The position numbers and the translations under genes were made by a program. From Octopus sinensis (lineage: Eukaryota), in assembly GCF_006345805.1 (NCBI RefSeq), contig NC_043001.1, positions 59,272,001 through 59,336,000 on the forward strand: a stretch of 64,000 nucleotides of DNA. The letters are read 5' to 3'. Below the pieces are notes generated by a model. It was not told the DNA's origin and ran no database searches. It worked only from the letters and a program-made list of their open reading frames with translations. How positions within the stretch are numbered: the stretch's first letter is position 1; each line of letters starts with the position of its first letter. Below, piece by piece: positions 25,569-39,270 of this stretch.

Positions 25569-26512
25569 CTGTGTGTTTGTGTGTGTGTACTTATCAAAAC
25601 AAAGAGGAATTGATAGGAATTAGTTACCCGGGTGAAATACTTAAGCTCTCTACACATAAAATGCACCTGTCAAACAAAAGAATCTGTATTGAACTCCAAG
25701 TAGTACGAAATCAAACACAGTCACCAGTGAAATTTACAAACACCTGGTTGCATTACCCAGCTTGCGATGGTAAGTTTTTACCATCTTATGATAGTTTTTA
25801 CAGAATAATACATAAAATAGACAGATATTTCGTCGTCCTCTGTATATGTTGCAAGAATCTTTAAAATATGTAGTTTTAGTTATGGACAATACTGTTTGCT
25901 ATTTATATAAGCAAACCAGTTCTTTGCATTTGATATTTACCATGAAACTGCATATAATTTAAATCTTGAATTATAGAAAGAAAAAAATTCGAATTGGCCT
26001 CACATGTTAGCTTTTCATATATCCATATATTTAATTACATCTAGCCACACTGGAATTGCACACAATATCTGTAGATCACTAATTCATAATCCACCTAAGG
26101 CGAGGGTTTTTAAAAATATACTTTGACCAAATTAAAGGTCTCGGTATTGCGAATTCGAGCATTAAACTTAAGTTCAAGATAGGGTCTCGCTGATACCAGA
26201 TTTTCAAATCTTCTGTTCACATTCTTATTACTCAAAAGCTATATTAATTTAGCAAAATAACACTGGTGAAATTTACGTACACTTCGAACCACGTTAGTGA
26301 ACGAACCTTGAATAAATTTGCATAAACTAATAACCAGTCAAAAGTAACTGGATGTAAATGCTATTGCTAGTTGTCTATCAAGGATAAACATGTTTCGGAC
26401 AGATTTAAAACCAAATATGCCGTACAGATGACGGTAGAAATAAAAAATATATATATACAGATGCCCTAATTCACGTATTTATTGCGATTGTCTTGTGTAT
26501 ACTTATATATAT

Positions 26513-26910
26513 AGAGGGTGGGGAAGCTAAACTTGGAATATGTTGGAAGCCTTATTTTTCATATATTCCTGAGTGTAAATACTAGAATATTGTTTTCTAT
26601 ATCAAGGTGGAAGCATATAGTGCTCAGTTAAGCAGAAGTTCCAGTCATACGATTTAGCATGTCCACTTAAGAAGCCAACAGACAACGCATTGCAGATTTG
26701 CTTGGTGCCGGGGTTGCAACTAGACGTGTTGCTGGGACTGTCAGGACCTCTGTAAGCACTGTCTACAATGCTAAGAATCGAATGTTTGTATGGGAGGTAT
26801 CACGAGAAAGCGAGAAAGCAAGAAAGTGTAGTCATAAAGAAAAAAGGATAATGCAATTCTTAAATCTCTCAAAGCCAACATTTCGAAAGACCCAACAACA
26901 TTCATGAGAA
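26513..26910 (+). pseudogene. Tc1/mariner transposase N-terminal (HTH) relic
   Basis: LGAGVATRRVAGTVRTSVSTVYNAKNR (HTH-like), followed after a frameshift by KDPTTFMR. TA-GAGGGTG at ~26513 is a possible TIR start. Confidence 0.45.
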
Positions 26911-27532
26911 ATAATTATATATATATTGCTTCATCATCAGATATGTATTTCTTTGTTTCTTTCCATGAATAAATAGAAAGAGGATTACTACGTGTCGAAA
27001 ATACTTTTGTATCTATTAAGTATAAACTTGATTTTCCTCAGGCTACTCTACATTGCGTGTCATTATGTTTAACCATAATAAATCTTCTAAATTTATTCTG
27101 CCGTTTATACTTGCGTTAGATTTATCCTTCAGTAGTTTAACAGAAATGATTTTAGTCTTCATGCAATGAAAATATCTATTATATTGGTGGAAATGCTACA
27201 TAAATATGTTTCTGCTTAAAATTCAATAATCCTCTTCTACAGTCAACGTAGGTGAGTCATTTCAAGTATTCATACATACAACAATTAAGAACTACTTGTG
27301 TCCCCTAGAAAAGAAACAGATCAGACAAATCCTGATTTTCCAAATACAGTTATTTAGTCACATGGTGCAAATTTGTAAACTATTTTTTGATATTATCTAC
27401 TTGACGTTACTCATTGAGCATGTGCAGAAATCGCAATATATATATATGGAATACAATAGCACAGAGACACATAAAGTACAATGATGTACAAAACATTTTA
27501 CACTTGTGCAAGTTAATCCACTCTCACACATA

Positions 27533-28759
27533 CAGGATTTGGACAAAATAATGGAGACACCTAGCATCATAATTTTGAAATATCTATAAAACTGTCAAAA
27601 ACTTGTTTATTTTTATGTTTTTTGATTTATTATAAGTGTTGTTGTTTTGCTAAAATTGCTGTTTCTTTTCAGATATCATCATAAAAGGTTATTAAAATTC
27701 AATACAATGACAGACTATCGGACTTTCAAAGAGGTCAAATTGTTTGTGCTAATATGGCAGGCGCTAGCATAACGTAAACAGCCGAAATGCTTCGTGTATC
27801 AAGAAGTACTGTCTCGAAAGTAATGACAGCCTTTGAGAAAGTGGGAAAACCTCCTCGTCGACACAAAAGTCCTGAAGAAAACTAAAACTTTCAGATAGGG
27901 ACCGAAGGATGCTTACGTGAATTGTTAGAAAGGGTACATCTCCCAAAATTACTGCATGGCTTAATGACCACCTCGAGAATCCAGTTTCCACAAAAAACTG
28001 TTCGCAGGGGACTGCACAAAGCCGGATTTCCCAGGAGGGCCGCAATTAAAAAACGACTACTTTCAAAAACAAATATTGCAAAGCGTTTAGAGTGGAGTAG
28101 AAATCTACAGAATTGGTCTCTAGAGCAGTGGAAGAATGTTATTTTCTCGGACGAGTCATCCTTTACCTTATTTCAGACAACAAGCCGAGTATACGTGTGG
28201 ACAGCCAAAAAATGAATTTGACCCAGACTGCATTCTTCCAACTGTGAAACATGAACGAGGATCTGTGATGTTCTGGGGGACTATACCTTGGAAATCCGCC
28301 GGCCCAACAGTCTCCTTTCATGGCAGAATTAACAGTCAAGACTATTTAAGCATTTATTCGTATCAAATTCATCCTATGGTTTCGGAACTGTTTCCGGAAG
28401 GAAACGCAATCTTTCAGGATGATAATGCACCAATTCACACAGCTAAATTTGTTACTGAATGGCACAAGGAAAATTCTAGTGAAGTTGAACATCCTATCTG
28501 GCCACAACAGACCCCAGATCTTGATATTCTTGAACATTTATGGTGCATTTTAGAAAAACAAGTAAGGCGTCGATAGCCTCCACCATCATCCCACAAAAGC
28601 TGGAGACTGTTTTAGCTGAAGAATGGACAAAAAATTCCTTTGGAAACAATTCAAACTTCGTACGAGTCCTTACCTCATAGAATTCAAGTTGTATTTACTG
28701 CCAAAGGTGGTCCTACCCCATGTTTAATTAAATTTTTCCATTATTTTGTCCAATCCCTG
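27533..28759 (+). mobile_element. Full-length but inactivated Tc1-like transposon, DD36E spacing
   Basis: TIRs CAGGATTTGGACAAAATAATGGA (27533, after TA) and TCCATTATTTTGTCCAATCCCTG (to 28759). Transposase pieces SDFQRGQI, WKNVIFSDESSF, FQDDNAPIH, WPQQTPDLDILEHLW, with several frameshifts and stops. Confidence 0.92.
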
Positions 28760-29339
28760 TCTATGCAAATCTCACATATACAGTAAATAATTCAAACAAG
28801 AACAAATCCAAACAGCTGTCTTTCACCTAAACAAAGCAGCTTGCAATCTTGTTAATAATTAGCCTGAGTTCTACATTGAAAAATACATTCATATCTATAT
28901 TGTTTACTTACAACGAGGCATGAAAGACACAAAAATGCAAATTTGGCTATCCATTAATGCACTATTTTAATTTATGGCTATTTCGTATAATAAAACATGA
29001 TTTTGTACCATTGATTGTCTAAGTGCACTGATGTATGCTTCAAATACATATATTTATATTACGGATGATACTTCAAAGACAAATATATGGAAATTAGGTT
29101 TTCCGTTAATCTACTAACTTAATAAATTATTGCTTTATAAGTAAGTGAAAATTCTGAGCCATTTTTGGAGGAGTAAGCTTTCTCTGAGGAACGATCAAGA
29201 AATCGTTAGGTGGTAGAAGTCTCTTTTATAATATATACATACGCAAACACACACTCATATAACATGCATACATACATACATACATACATACATACATGCA
29301 TACATACATACATATCCATACTCAAACATATATTAATAG

Positions 29340-29368
29340 GGATAGATAGATAGATAGATAGATAGATC

Positions 29369-29410
<42 letters not shown>

Positions 29411-29411
29411 C

Positions 29412-29484
<73 letters not shown>
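29340..29484. repeat. (GATA)n microsatellite
   Basis: Directly visible. Confidence 0.95.
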
Positions 29485-29485
<1 letters not shown>

Positions 29486-29492
29486 GCCGTCT

Positions 29493-29670
29493 AAGGCAGC
29501 ACGCTGGCAGAAACGTTAGCACACCGGGCGAAAATGCTTAGTGGTTTTTCGTCTGCCGTTACGTTCTAAGTTCAAATTCAAAAGCGGTCGACTTTGCCTT
29601 TCATCCTTTCGGGGTCGAAAAATTAAGTACCAGTTACGCACTGGGTCGATATAATCGACTTGATCCCTTT
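29493..29670 (+). mobile_element. SINE family A, 3'-truncated
   Basis: GCTGGCAGAAACGTTAGCAC ... GACTTTGCCTTTCATCCTTTCGGGGTCGA, as in 4015-4243. Confidence 0.85.
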
Positions 29671-29671
29671 A

Positions 29672-29941
29672 TTCTAAAGAGATAAACTCAGCTATGATGT
29701 GTTTGCAAATATACATACTCATACACATACATGCGTGCATCGTTATACCGTCAGTCTTATATTTTTTAATGTTCTACACAAGACTCAAGTAGGTTCCTAA
29801 CAAAGTGATACGGTGTTTTTGTTGTAAGAGTATTTCTGAGATTTGTTAGCATCTGAGTGAATTAGTTCGCACATACGCATATATATGTGTATGAGTATGT
29901 ATATTTGCAAACACATCATAGCTGTGTTTATCTCTTTAGAA
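29672..29941. repeat. Inverted repeat, ~65-bp arms around a ~135-bp spacer
   Basis: TTCTAAAGAGATAAACTCAGCTATGATGTGTTTGCAAATATACATACTCATACACATA pairs with TATGTGTATGAGTATGTATATTTGCAAACACATCATAGCTGTGTTTATCTCTTTAGAA. Confidence 0.9.
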
Positions 29942-31334
29942 CAGTTGTGTTTCAGCTTGTTATTTTATGTGTGTATATATAAGCACAAGTGATTTCTAGC
30001 ATACATTCATTTTAGGAAATTCAGATGTAGAATCTTTGGAATGCTCTACAAATCTTCATTTTTCTTGTAATCGTTTGGAAGTTTCAAGTTAGTTTCGGTT
30101 TTACTTTGATGCAAAGTTTCGACATTCTGAATTTTGCTTTCTCCCCTCCCCCCACTCCTTGTAAACCAGTGCTTGGAATATATAGCCGGACTTTAGGTTC
30201 CGAAATATTTATTCCCAAATCGCTTTTACCACAACTTTAGTCGAGTCATTTGTTTTAACATTCTAAAACAGTGCATGATTTTCGCTCTCTGCTGCACAAG
30301 AGATAATCAGCTGTGTTGTATTTGCACCTCGTTGCTGCATTTTTGGAGTGTTATTTCATCAGTATTCTTATTTTTTCATGGCTGTGGACATATTCAGATC
30401 CCGGTGTGTCTTCGGGATAGTCGCCCGCAGAAAGATTTGCAATTGTTTTTGGAAAGAATTTCATGCTATACCTCCATATAACATTAGGTATTAACTGGCG
30501 TATGTTTTGGAGCAGTTCTAATACTAATTTAAATAGATCTTTTCCTTTCATTTCTTGCTTTCTAACCGTGACATATATCTCATAGGAAGGCAATTACTTG
30601 TAGGCATTTATGTGCAGCTGATGATGATGTGCGTTATATCTTCCTTTTTACACAAGACACTATGGATTATTTCTTCAGCAATGTTGATGTGTGTCCTCTT
30701 TTCACTTACTGAATAAAATTCTGATTCCTTTTCCTGGATAGCAAGGATGTATCATGCTAGGTAGGATGTGAATTATCTATACCTGAACCAAGATTTGCTA
30801 TAATTTCAATTATTTGGTAATCTCTATTTCGAAGATTAGGTTCACATGTGTGTGTATGTATATATGTATAATTAGATCTCTATGATGTGTGTGTATAAAC
30901 CATTTATTTGAACTGTATTTTTTCTAAATTTTGAAATAAAAGATTTGTTTAACGGTAATGTTGAGCAATCACGAATAGTGAATCTTAGCAACATTAGATT
31001 TATATATTTAAAAATATTTCAATTGACAAAGCATACAAATTGAAGTATTTGGAGCTAACTGATAATTGAAAGTGTGACAAGCGTATCGATCTTGTTTGAA
31101 ATCCTGTTGCACTGCGATTCCAATAGTCTGATTTTCTACAGTATATGTTTACAGGAAAGTAGTGTTTGCAGCTGAATTACTGTTAGTGATAATACTGATA
31201 CTAGTTTTAACGAATTATAAATTGGTGGCTCCCAGATTCGTTTGCCTCGCATTTTGATATCAACACAAAGAATGAGGACAACTATTGTGTCATTCTAACC
31301 TTTCCCCGTATCACCATTCTTACAAATAAAAATA

Positions 31335-31540
31335 TTGGTTTCAAATATTGGCACAAGACTAGCAAATTCATGAAAGAGTAAATTGGTTACATTGACCCTA
31401 GTGTTCAACTTTCATTTGTTTTATTGAAGGACGAAAGTCGACCTCGGCGGCGTTTGAGCTCACAAAGTATAATCGGAAGAAATACCGCCACTAAGCATCT
31501 TTTTCGGTGCGGTAATGATTCTACCACCTCACCGCCTACA
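31335..31540 (-). mobile_element. Degraded SINE family A
   Basis: AAAGTCGACCTCGGCGG ... GAAATACCG ... GATTCTACCACCTCACCGCCT is the reverse complement of the family A head and body. Confidence 0.65.
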
Positions 31541-34500
31541 ATGAAATTAACAAAAGTACCTCATATAAGATTCAAAGTTTAATGCAGTGATATGAGATGG
31601 CATGATCATGTTGTTTGATGCAGTGGTATGAGATGGCATGATCATGTTGTTTCGCACTAGCAATATTCCAATAGTAATACTGATGTAGCAACGAAAGTTA
31701 TTTTTTAGTAAAACATGATGTTTCTACGGTGATAAAACACTTTAAAGAGCATAGTTGTGTTCTGGAAGATGAGTAATTGAATCTAGAACATTACGAGATG
31801 AAATATAGCAAGGAATTTTTCGGCGTTCTACCGATATTACCACTAAGACCGTAATGAATCCTATGTAGTATATTAAATTAATATCTCCATAAAGAATTAA
31901 TTTCCTGAAGCACGGAACGTTAACAACGTATTTTGTTTTATTTCTTTAGTTAAAAATACTTTACTTTCACACTCTACCAAATTATGTTTAAATTTCAGAA
32001 CATATTTCTTTGGAATTGAAATTTTAACCATCTTCGTTCGTATCGTTTTGTTTTTCAGTACAAATTGACTGGTAACATTAGCAATCGATTTCGGATCCGC
32101 TTTATATGTGAAATAAGTTCTCAACTTCAGCTTTTCACGTTATTCGCACCACATAACGCTGAAACCGGAAGAAACCTATACAGAGTAATTCAACTTACGC
32201 GGAATGAATAGTAACTAAATCTCTCGTAATTCCCAATCCATCGTCTTAAAGAAAGGAACACGCAATTATAGAAAAATGAAAATGAGGAATGGTCATAGTT
32301 GGAATGACTGACATAGATCTAAAGAAGAATAACAACAACATATCATATAACATCCAATGACACTGAGTTGAAGTGTAATGTTTTTGATGAGAAACTAAAA
32401 ATGTTCACTGACAGTTGATGAATAGTTTGTCGTTGCTAATGTATTCTATGATCGGAATACTTCAGTATAACTTGCCCTGTTCACATTTTAATCCTAATGC
32501 CAGTTATGTCAACTGAATTAATAAATCATATAATAAATGCTTAAAGTTCACAACGTTTTATTTTTCTTTTACTGTACCCCTATACAGTCCCAGCCAAAGA
32601 AGAAATCTCTCGCTTGTCGATCGACATGCTAGAAATACCAGACGTATCTCTCTAAAAATATTATCTTATCATCTAAAAAGAAGTGAATGATAACTTGAGT
32701 GATATAGTCCTATGACACTATGCTTCAATAAATAAAAAGTTGGACATGTCTAGATTGCCGTTCCTCTTCGACAAAAACAAAAGCTTCATTCAGTTAACCT
32801 ATTACATGAAATTAATTAATTATCTTCTTCACTGAATACATCTTATATTATTAAAATCATTTTCGTGGAGATTGCAGATCCTGAATGTGAATTACATTTT
32901 CTGTTAGGTATAATTTCATCTCCAATTTAAATTACAACAATTTCCAGCTTAGTGAACTATAAAACTTTTCTAATGAGCAAATAATTTTGAGTATTGAACA
33001 TTTATGCCTCATATTGGCCTTTACTCGTAAGTCGGAACGGCATGCTAAACATGCGGTCTTACTTGGCCACTCTTACCTGCCCCAAGTGACTCAAATCTTT
33101 TTGCAATAAAGATAAAGCGCCAGTAAAATATTCTAAAACATACATTTATGTACATCTGCTTTCATGCAAATCCATGCATGTATGTACGCGTATGAATACT
33201 GAATTATTTTATACAATCCTCAAATGTCCCACCCTTGCACATGTTTATTTGCAGTCATTGACACGCAACAATTTAAGCAGTACTTCAGCATCATTAATTT
33301 CATCCGTCCCTAAGGACTTGAGAAGAACCTCAGGGCACCCCGTTTGCGTAAAAACAAAAATATTTATGAACATGTGTATATTTAAATATGTGTGTGGATA
33401 TATATATATATATGTGTGTGTATGTATGTATGTATGTATGTATGTATGTATGTATGTATGTATATATGTATGTATGTATGTGTGTGTGTGTGTCTGTGTC
33501 TGTGTGTGTGTAGTTGGATTCCAATAAATCAGCTAATACATCACTTATGAAGGAGAATCACGGACGGTGCATATATCAAATTAGCAAAGATTTTACATAT
33601 ATTTTTTAAAATCTTCTTAACTTAAATATATATTATATATTTAAGATTTTACATTAAACATGATTTAAATATAGATTCTATACTGAGGTTAAACATATAC
33701 AACTTTATTGCTAATCACCCTGAAAAGCGTTCATTTCCAAAATGATATCTACTAAGTTTCAGTCACAATCTGCAAATAAATATTTTATATATCTGGATAG
33801 TAACGAAATATCATAAAACACCTATACTTTGGTGTAGATATTGGAATATCTATAGTAATGTACAAGTATATTTTCCTCATTTAATCAAGTGAAACATTTT
33901 ACTTTGTCGCAAATTGTAGTGAGTATACGAAACATATTGAGGTCTCGAGTATTATGGTGTACATCAGATTTCCTTATTATCAGCCTAACGAAATGGGAGA
34001 GTTTACAATATTAAGGGAGACTAAGGAAGTGAACTTTCAGAATCGTTAACATGTCAGGATCGGAGAAACGGAATGAAGGTAGTCAACTTACTCCTCCCCG
34101 AAAATTGCTGGCTTTCTGCCAAAATTTGAAACCAATAATAAGGGGAACTTTTTAGCCCGACAGGCAAAATTTGTTGGCCTTTACGTTTTGATTTCAAATT
34201 CCCTCGAGGTCTACTTCGCCCTTCATTATTTTGTGATCGATAAAATAAGTACCAGTTGAAAATTGAAGACAATGTAATTGACTCACCCCTCCTTTGATGT
34301 TGCTGGCCTTGCGCCAAAATATCGAACCAGTTTTAAGGGTGATATTGCCTTTTCCACGCCACCTATTTGAATATCGTTTATCTAAGCTTCAGAAACAATG
34401 AGGATCACAATTTAATTAAGAAACGAGCAGCGTAGTAGAACGATGAAAATACACAGATATACTCAACCGTTTACAAAAACATATCTGCGCTAGTGTGGCT

Positions 34501-34850
34501 TATGAGCTCATCTTCAGACACGTTTTTGTTTTGCTAGTGGCATGTGTATTATATGGTGGTGACTTATTTTTGTTTACCTAAATTTGTGTCTGAAAATCTA
34601 TTAAAAGAGTTGTCTCTGCTTTACAACATACTGAAATTGACAAAGTTAAATTAGTTAATAAATTCATTCAATTTCATTTATTTATATCCTGATCTCTCGC
34701 AATTGTATACCCATATGGTTCAGATGGAAATCCTGAGGTTTGATGATAAAAACTAATCGAGAATCATAAAAATAAATAGATTGGTAAATAAACTATATAT
34801 CTGTGTCAAAATAATAAACTTTAAAGCAAAACATGACACTATATATATAT

Positions 34851-34977
34851 AGGGAGAGTTTACGAAAAAAACAAAAGACGAAGACAGGTGGTGTACAAAA
34901 CAAACAGATGTATTAGTATAACGCTCAGGAATAGAAAAAGTATTTTACGTTTCGAGCCTACGCTCTTCTACAGAAAG

Positions 34978-34981
<4 letters not shown>
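34851..34981 (-). mobile_element. ~130-bp PLE-tail-like element between two (TA)n tracts, with variant hammerhead (34943-34977)
   Basis: Minus strand CUUU CUGUAGA A GAGC GUAG GCUC GAAA CG UA AAA. Homologous to 18633-18760. Confidence 0.6.
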
Positions 34982-35025
<44 letters not shown>

Positions 35026-35169
35026 GCTAATACCTAAAAGTGGGAAAGAGCGCTCAACACTGCATTGGAGGATAAATATTCTTTAGTTTTTGGTTAACAA
35101 GGTTAGCAATGTTTTCATGTAGAGAGATTTTCCCAATCGTTCAAGCTCACCACATGGAAATGTTGGTAC

Positions 35170-36202
35170 TGTAGGAATACGACCGTATGTGAGGAGGTTG
35201 GGGACATAGGTCTCCCTTTGTACGCCGCACGGTCGCATCCCTAACAAAATAGGATAAGCTATAATATTACTTATATAATACGGTGCCAACAGAATATAAA
35301 TGAATGACAACAAGCCGTTTCACTGTTTGAGAGAAGAGAAGATTTTATTAACAAGGTGTTAAAGTTAGAGTGTTGTGAGTGCTAGCAAGTGTTGTGTATG
35401 TGTGCATGCAACAAGTGTTTGTGTCTGTGTGTGACAGAGGCAAAGGTGAACGTGTATAACATAGAAGTAGAGTATAAGACAAAAGTCTCAGCCTAGTGTT
35501 AAGATGGAATTTAGATTACCAGTTCATGCATGAAGTACACGATATGCAAGAGTTCTATACAAGAAGTTGTGTCTCGAGGCGGAGGCATATTGGGCGAAAA
35601 TGCTGTGCCGCGGTTGTAGCCTCAAAGCCGAGCTGGGTCTCTTAATATAGAATTCTTCAGATGGATTGTTTTACTTGGTGAAAGGTTCACTCTAACAGCG
35701 TGAGTCTATGTAGTTGGTGTGTACATATCTGAAGTTGATGATGGTAGAGACGAGGTAAAGTTGGTACGGTGATGGTTACGACGGCGGCGGAGATAGAAGA
35801 CGTTCTGTCTGTCGCTGGTGTATAATAGCGTCGTAGTGGCTGGCTGACTGGTCGTCTGTCGCTGGAAACTGGAACATGGCTGAGTACGAAGCTGGTCAGT
35901 GACTAGACTGGACCTTAAAAGGTCTAGAGTCAAAGACCCTGTATACTGAAAGCAAACCCTTTATATAAAGGAGAAATGGATCAAACAGAGCCTAGGAAAA
36001 GCAGTGTCACGAGACCTTAACCAAAGGCCGTGATTGGTTGGCTGTGCAGTGGCGTGAAATAAGTAGAGACAAACCGCGCCACATGCCAATCAATCAGATC
36101 TGTGGACACAACAGGAACAACCCGGCCAAAGATGGCTGTAATCTCAAACGAGATCATTCCTGTTGTGTCTCCCAAACAGTGAGGATATCAGATACCGCTA
36201 CA
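35170..36202 (-). mobile_element. Solo LTR (1033 bp), Gypsy-like 4-bp TSD
   Basis: Termini TGTAG (35170) and CTACA (36202), flanked by GTAC at 35166-35169 and 36203-36206. TATA-like CTTTATATAAAG at 35959-35970 and minus-strand AATAAA at 35344-35349 fall in U3-R-U5 order on the minus strand. Confidence 0.8.
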
Positions 36203-36888
36203 GTACTTATCTCCATCTTGGATGGGAAAATACGATATCGCCCGAGACTGAACGGGATTTCAAAATCAATGCACAGACTACAGGAGGGCACTCTAGTTTA
36301 GTAAAATATATGCAACTGTCACTAACATCGACATGGCTATTATAATAAACTCAAGGAACTCATTGCTTTTTGATGATAATTTTTACTGAATGAAAAGGAA
36401 AGCAGATGAGGTATTTAATGTCATCATGAAGTCTATAACGGAAAGAGATAGCTTCCACGAAACACAGCGTTTCGGCACAAGAGACCGATAGAATAAGTAC
36501 CAGACTTTAAAAACATTTATTGGTCGATTCCTTCAATTAGAAATTCTTCAAGGCGATGACCCAGCATCGTTGCAGTCTAATGACTAAAGCAAGTAAAATA
36601 TAAACGAACGTACTCGTATGAGATACTTAAGGAATTAATTAATCTATGGTAAAACCAATTTCTTGCAAAACACTGCGGCGAATGCAAAAAAGATAACAAT
36701 CAGTACATTCTCATAGCTTATCTCCCTTGAGTTGTTTATTTATTTCGAAATCCAATTCAGCTTCATGTAAGCTCGTCTACCTCCATCCCACATGGAGACA
36801 AGTGCCAGTACATGTATGTGGTCTGCTTGAACAGTTATGATGACCTTTCACATGAAACCATTGGTAGACATGTCAACCCATATATATA

Positions 36889-36961
<73 letters not shown>

Positions 36962-37959
36962 GTATAAAGATTTATAAATATAACACACATATATATTATA
37001 TATATTAGATACTTAATATATATATATATACATATATAAATATAACACAAACACACACAAATGCACATACACATATATATACATACATATACACACATAC
37101 ACATATATAATGAAAATATAAGATATACTGAAAACCGATTGATAAATCAATTTTGCAGCCCAAAACTTCGCTTTTCTAAATTCTTCCCAATGCAATTTGC
37201 ATTATGTGTACCAGTGTTAAGCATAATTCAGTTCTTGATACTCGTTTTTAGTTAGTGTTGTTCTATTCTACTTTTATTGTTTAGCTATCGTTATATTTTC
37301 TCTCTTGTATTGTTGTTAGTGCTCCTGCTAATATATCATGGAATTGTAAATACATATAATAAACAAAGTAAAAAAAATCTACAGAGCAATGATATATGAA
37401 ACACCTTCTTGGGAATTAATACAGCAGATCAAGTGTTCCTAAATAAAAGGCAATAAAATGTAGTGAAAAGATGAGAGAATTTGCGAATGAGGAACAAAAA
37501 ATAGAAAGCAGAAAAAATAAGTGGCCCTTGATGTAAAGCAATATTAGCGTAAAAACTAGAAATACATAAAAAGAGGGTAAAAGTGAAAGACGCAAGAAGA
37601 GGAGACAAAAAGAAACAGAAGCTTATTGTCAGATTTTTGCCATCACCACATTTCTGACACCCTTTAAAAAATGTTCTCGAACTGTCTGAAAATGTTAGTT
37701 TATTGTTCAATCATAGGGTTTGGTGGACAACAGGAATTTGTGTGTGGTCTTTGGGATAAAGTTTCCGCAACTTTCATCCTTCTGTCATTTCGCTGGCATT
37801 GACAAAGTAATCGCTCTAATATATTCGGGCAGAAAGGTTTTACTGTTCTCCACCAGGGACGGGAAGGACAATGGCACACGGCTTGTTTAAGATTTGTTTT
37901 ATGTGTCATTTATATTTATCTAAATCAACGCACTAAAAGAAGCTGGAAAATGGCAATAT

Positions 37960-39270
37960 CATCAGCGGTGGTCGTCGCAACGAAGAAAATTTGTAGTAGT
38001 TGTAGTAATGGTGGTGGTGGCGGCGGCATAGGTGGTGGTGGTGGCGGCAGCGGAGGTGGTGGTGGTGGTGATGATTGTGGTGGCGGGGGTGGTGGCGGTG
38101 GTAATGGCGCGACTGTGTGTACGACTGATGATAGGTGCTGTTCCGTTTTTCTTTTTTGTTTTGTTTTTGTAACAGTATCAGCAACAACGGAGTTATCAGT
38201 AATAGTTATAATAAAAGGTCACTCAAAGCACGCGCTTGAGCATTAATAACTCGGCTGTCCCTCAGGAATACAAACACCACTATCACCACCACAAACAACG
38301 GCACCACCTCTTACGAGCTGCACCGCCACAAGCACCAACAGCACCGACAATATTCACACTCATTTACCAACTCTTACAACCCTACCACATGACCACCACT
38401 ACAACTACCATTTCCACCTCAAGCAACATTAACACAGCGAAACCAATGCTAACAAAACAACCAACAACAACAATAACAACAGCAACAACATCATCCCTTC
38501 CACCATGATCATCACCACGACGACCACCATCAGAAATATCCTCCGAGAGTCACTACCTCCATCTTCTCCATATCAGCCGCCCCTTTACTACGCATCTTTC
38601 CCGATATGATGTCATATATAAAGAAAATTGTTTTGTAGACATCAATAAAAAAGAAAATAACAACAGTTCGTTTACCAAAGGAATGACATTTGGACAGAGT
38701 GGAACGGCATAACAAGAAATACCATCATGGTGGTGGTGGGGATTATATTGGTGGAGTTGAAGTGGACGGGGTTGATGGTTGCGTGAATATGTTGTTTAAG
38801 GCGGTTTCGATGCTGTCGGTGACATTGGCTGTAGTCGCCCTGGTTGAAACGGTAATATTCATAATGGTGTTTCTCGTGATATTCATGTTAAAGGGGTGGA
38901 GGTAATAACAGAGGCGATACTAGTACTGATTTTTGTTGTAGTGATCATAATGGTGCCAGTAATTATTGGTAGTTATAGTAATATACAGGGATTATACTGG
39001 TGATGACTATCGTTCCGATGGAACACATGGTGGCGCAGTTCAGTTGGTGATGGAGAGAGTAGTGATGGTGTTGTTGTTGTTGTTGTTGTTAGTGGTGGTG
39101 ATGGCAGCAGTAATGGTGATGATAGTCGTAGTTGTGAAGTTGGTGGTGGCGATTTTTATGCTGGTGATAACAGAGGCGTTGATGGAGTTTAGTAATAATG
39201 GCGGTGGTGGTGGTGGTGGTGGTGGTGGTGGAGGTGGTAGTTGCGGTGGTGATTCTTTTTTCTAGGTTTG
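37960..39270. repeat. Degenerate (GGT)n/(CAC)n/(CAA)n trinucleotide low-complexity region
   Basis: Alternating GGT-rich and CAC/CAA-rich blocks. The ORFs here are poly-G/H/T/V artefacts. Confidence 0.8.

Noticed and set aside
26984-27046. Minus-strand CUGAGGA...GACACGUA hammerhead-like motif
   Set aside because: It has GACA instead of GAAA, stem II is out of register and stem I is weak. At best a dead relic.
34475-34527. Minus-strand CUGAAGA-UGAGC...GC-CACAC-UAG inside a hairpin
   Set aside because: The GAAA half of the core is absent, so it cannot be called a ribozyme, though it may be a decayed PLE motif.
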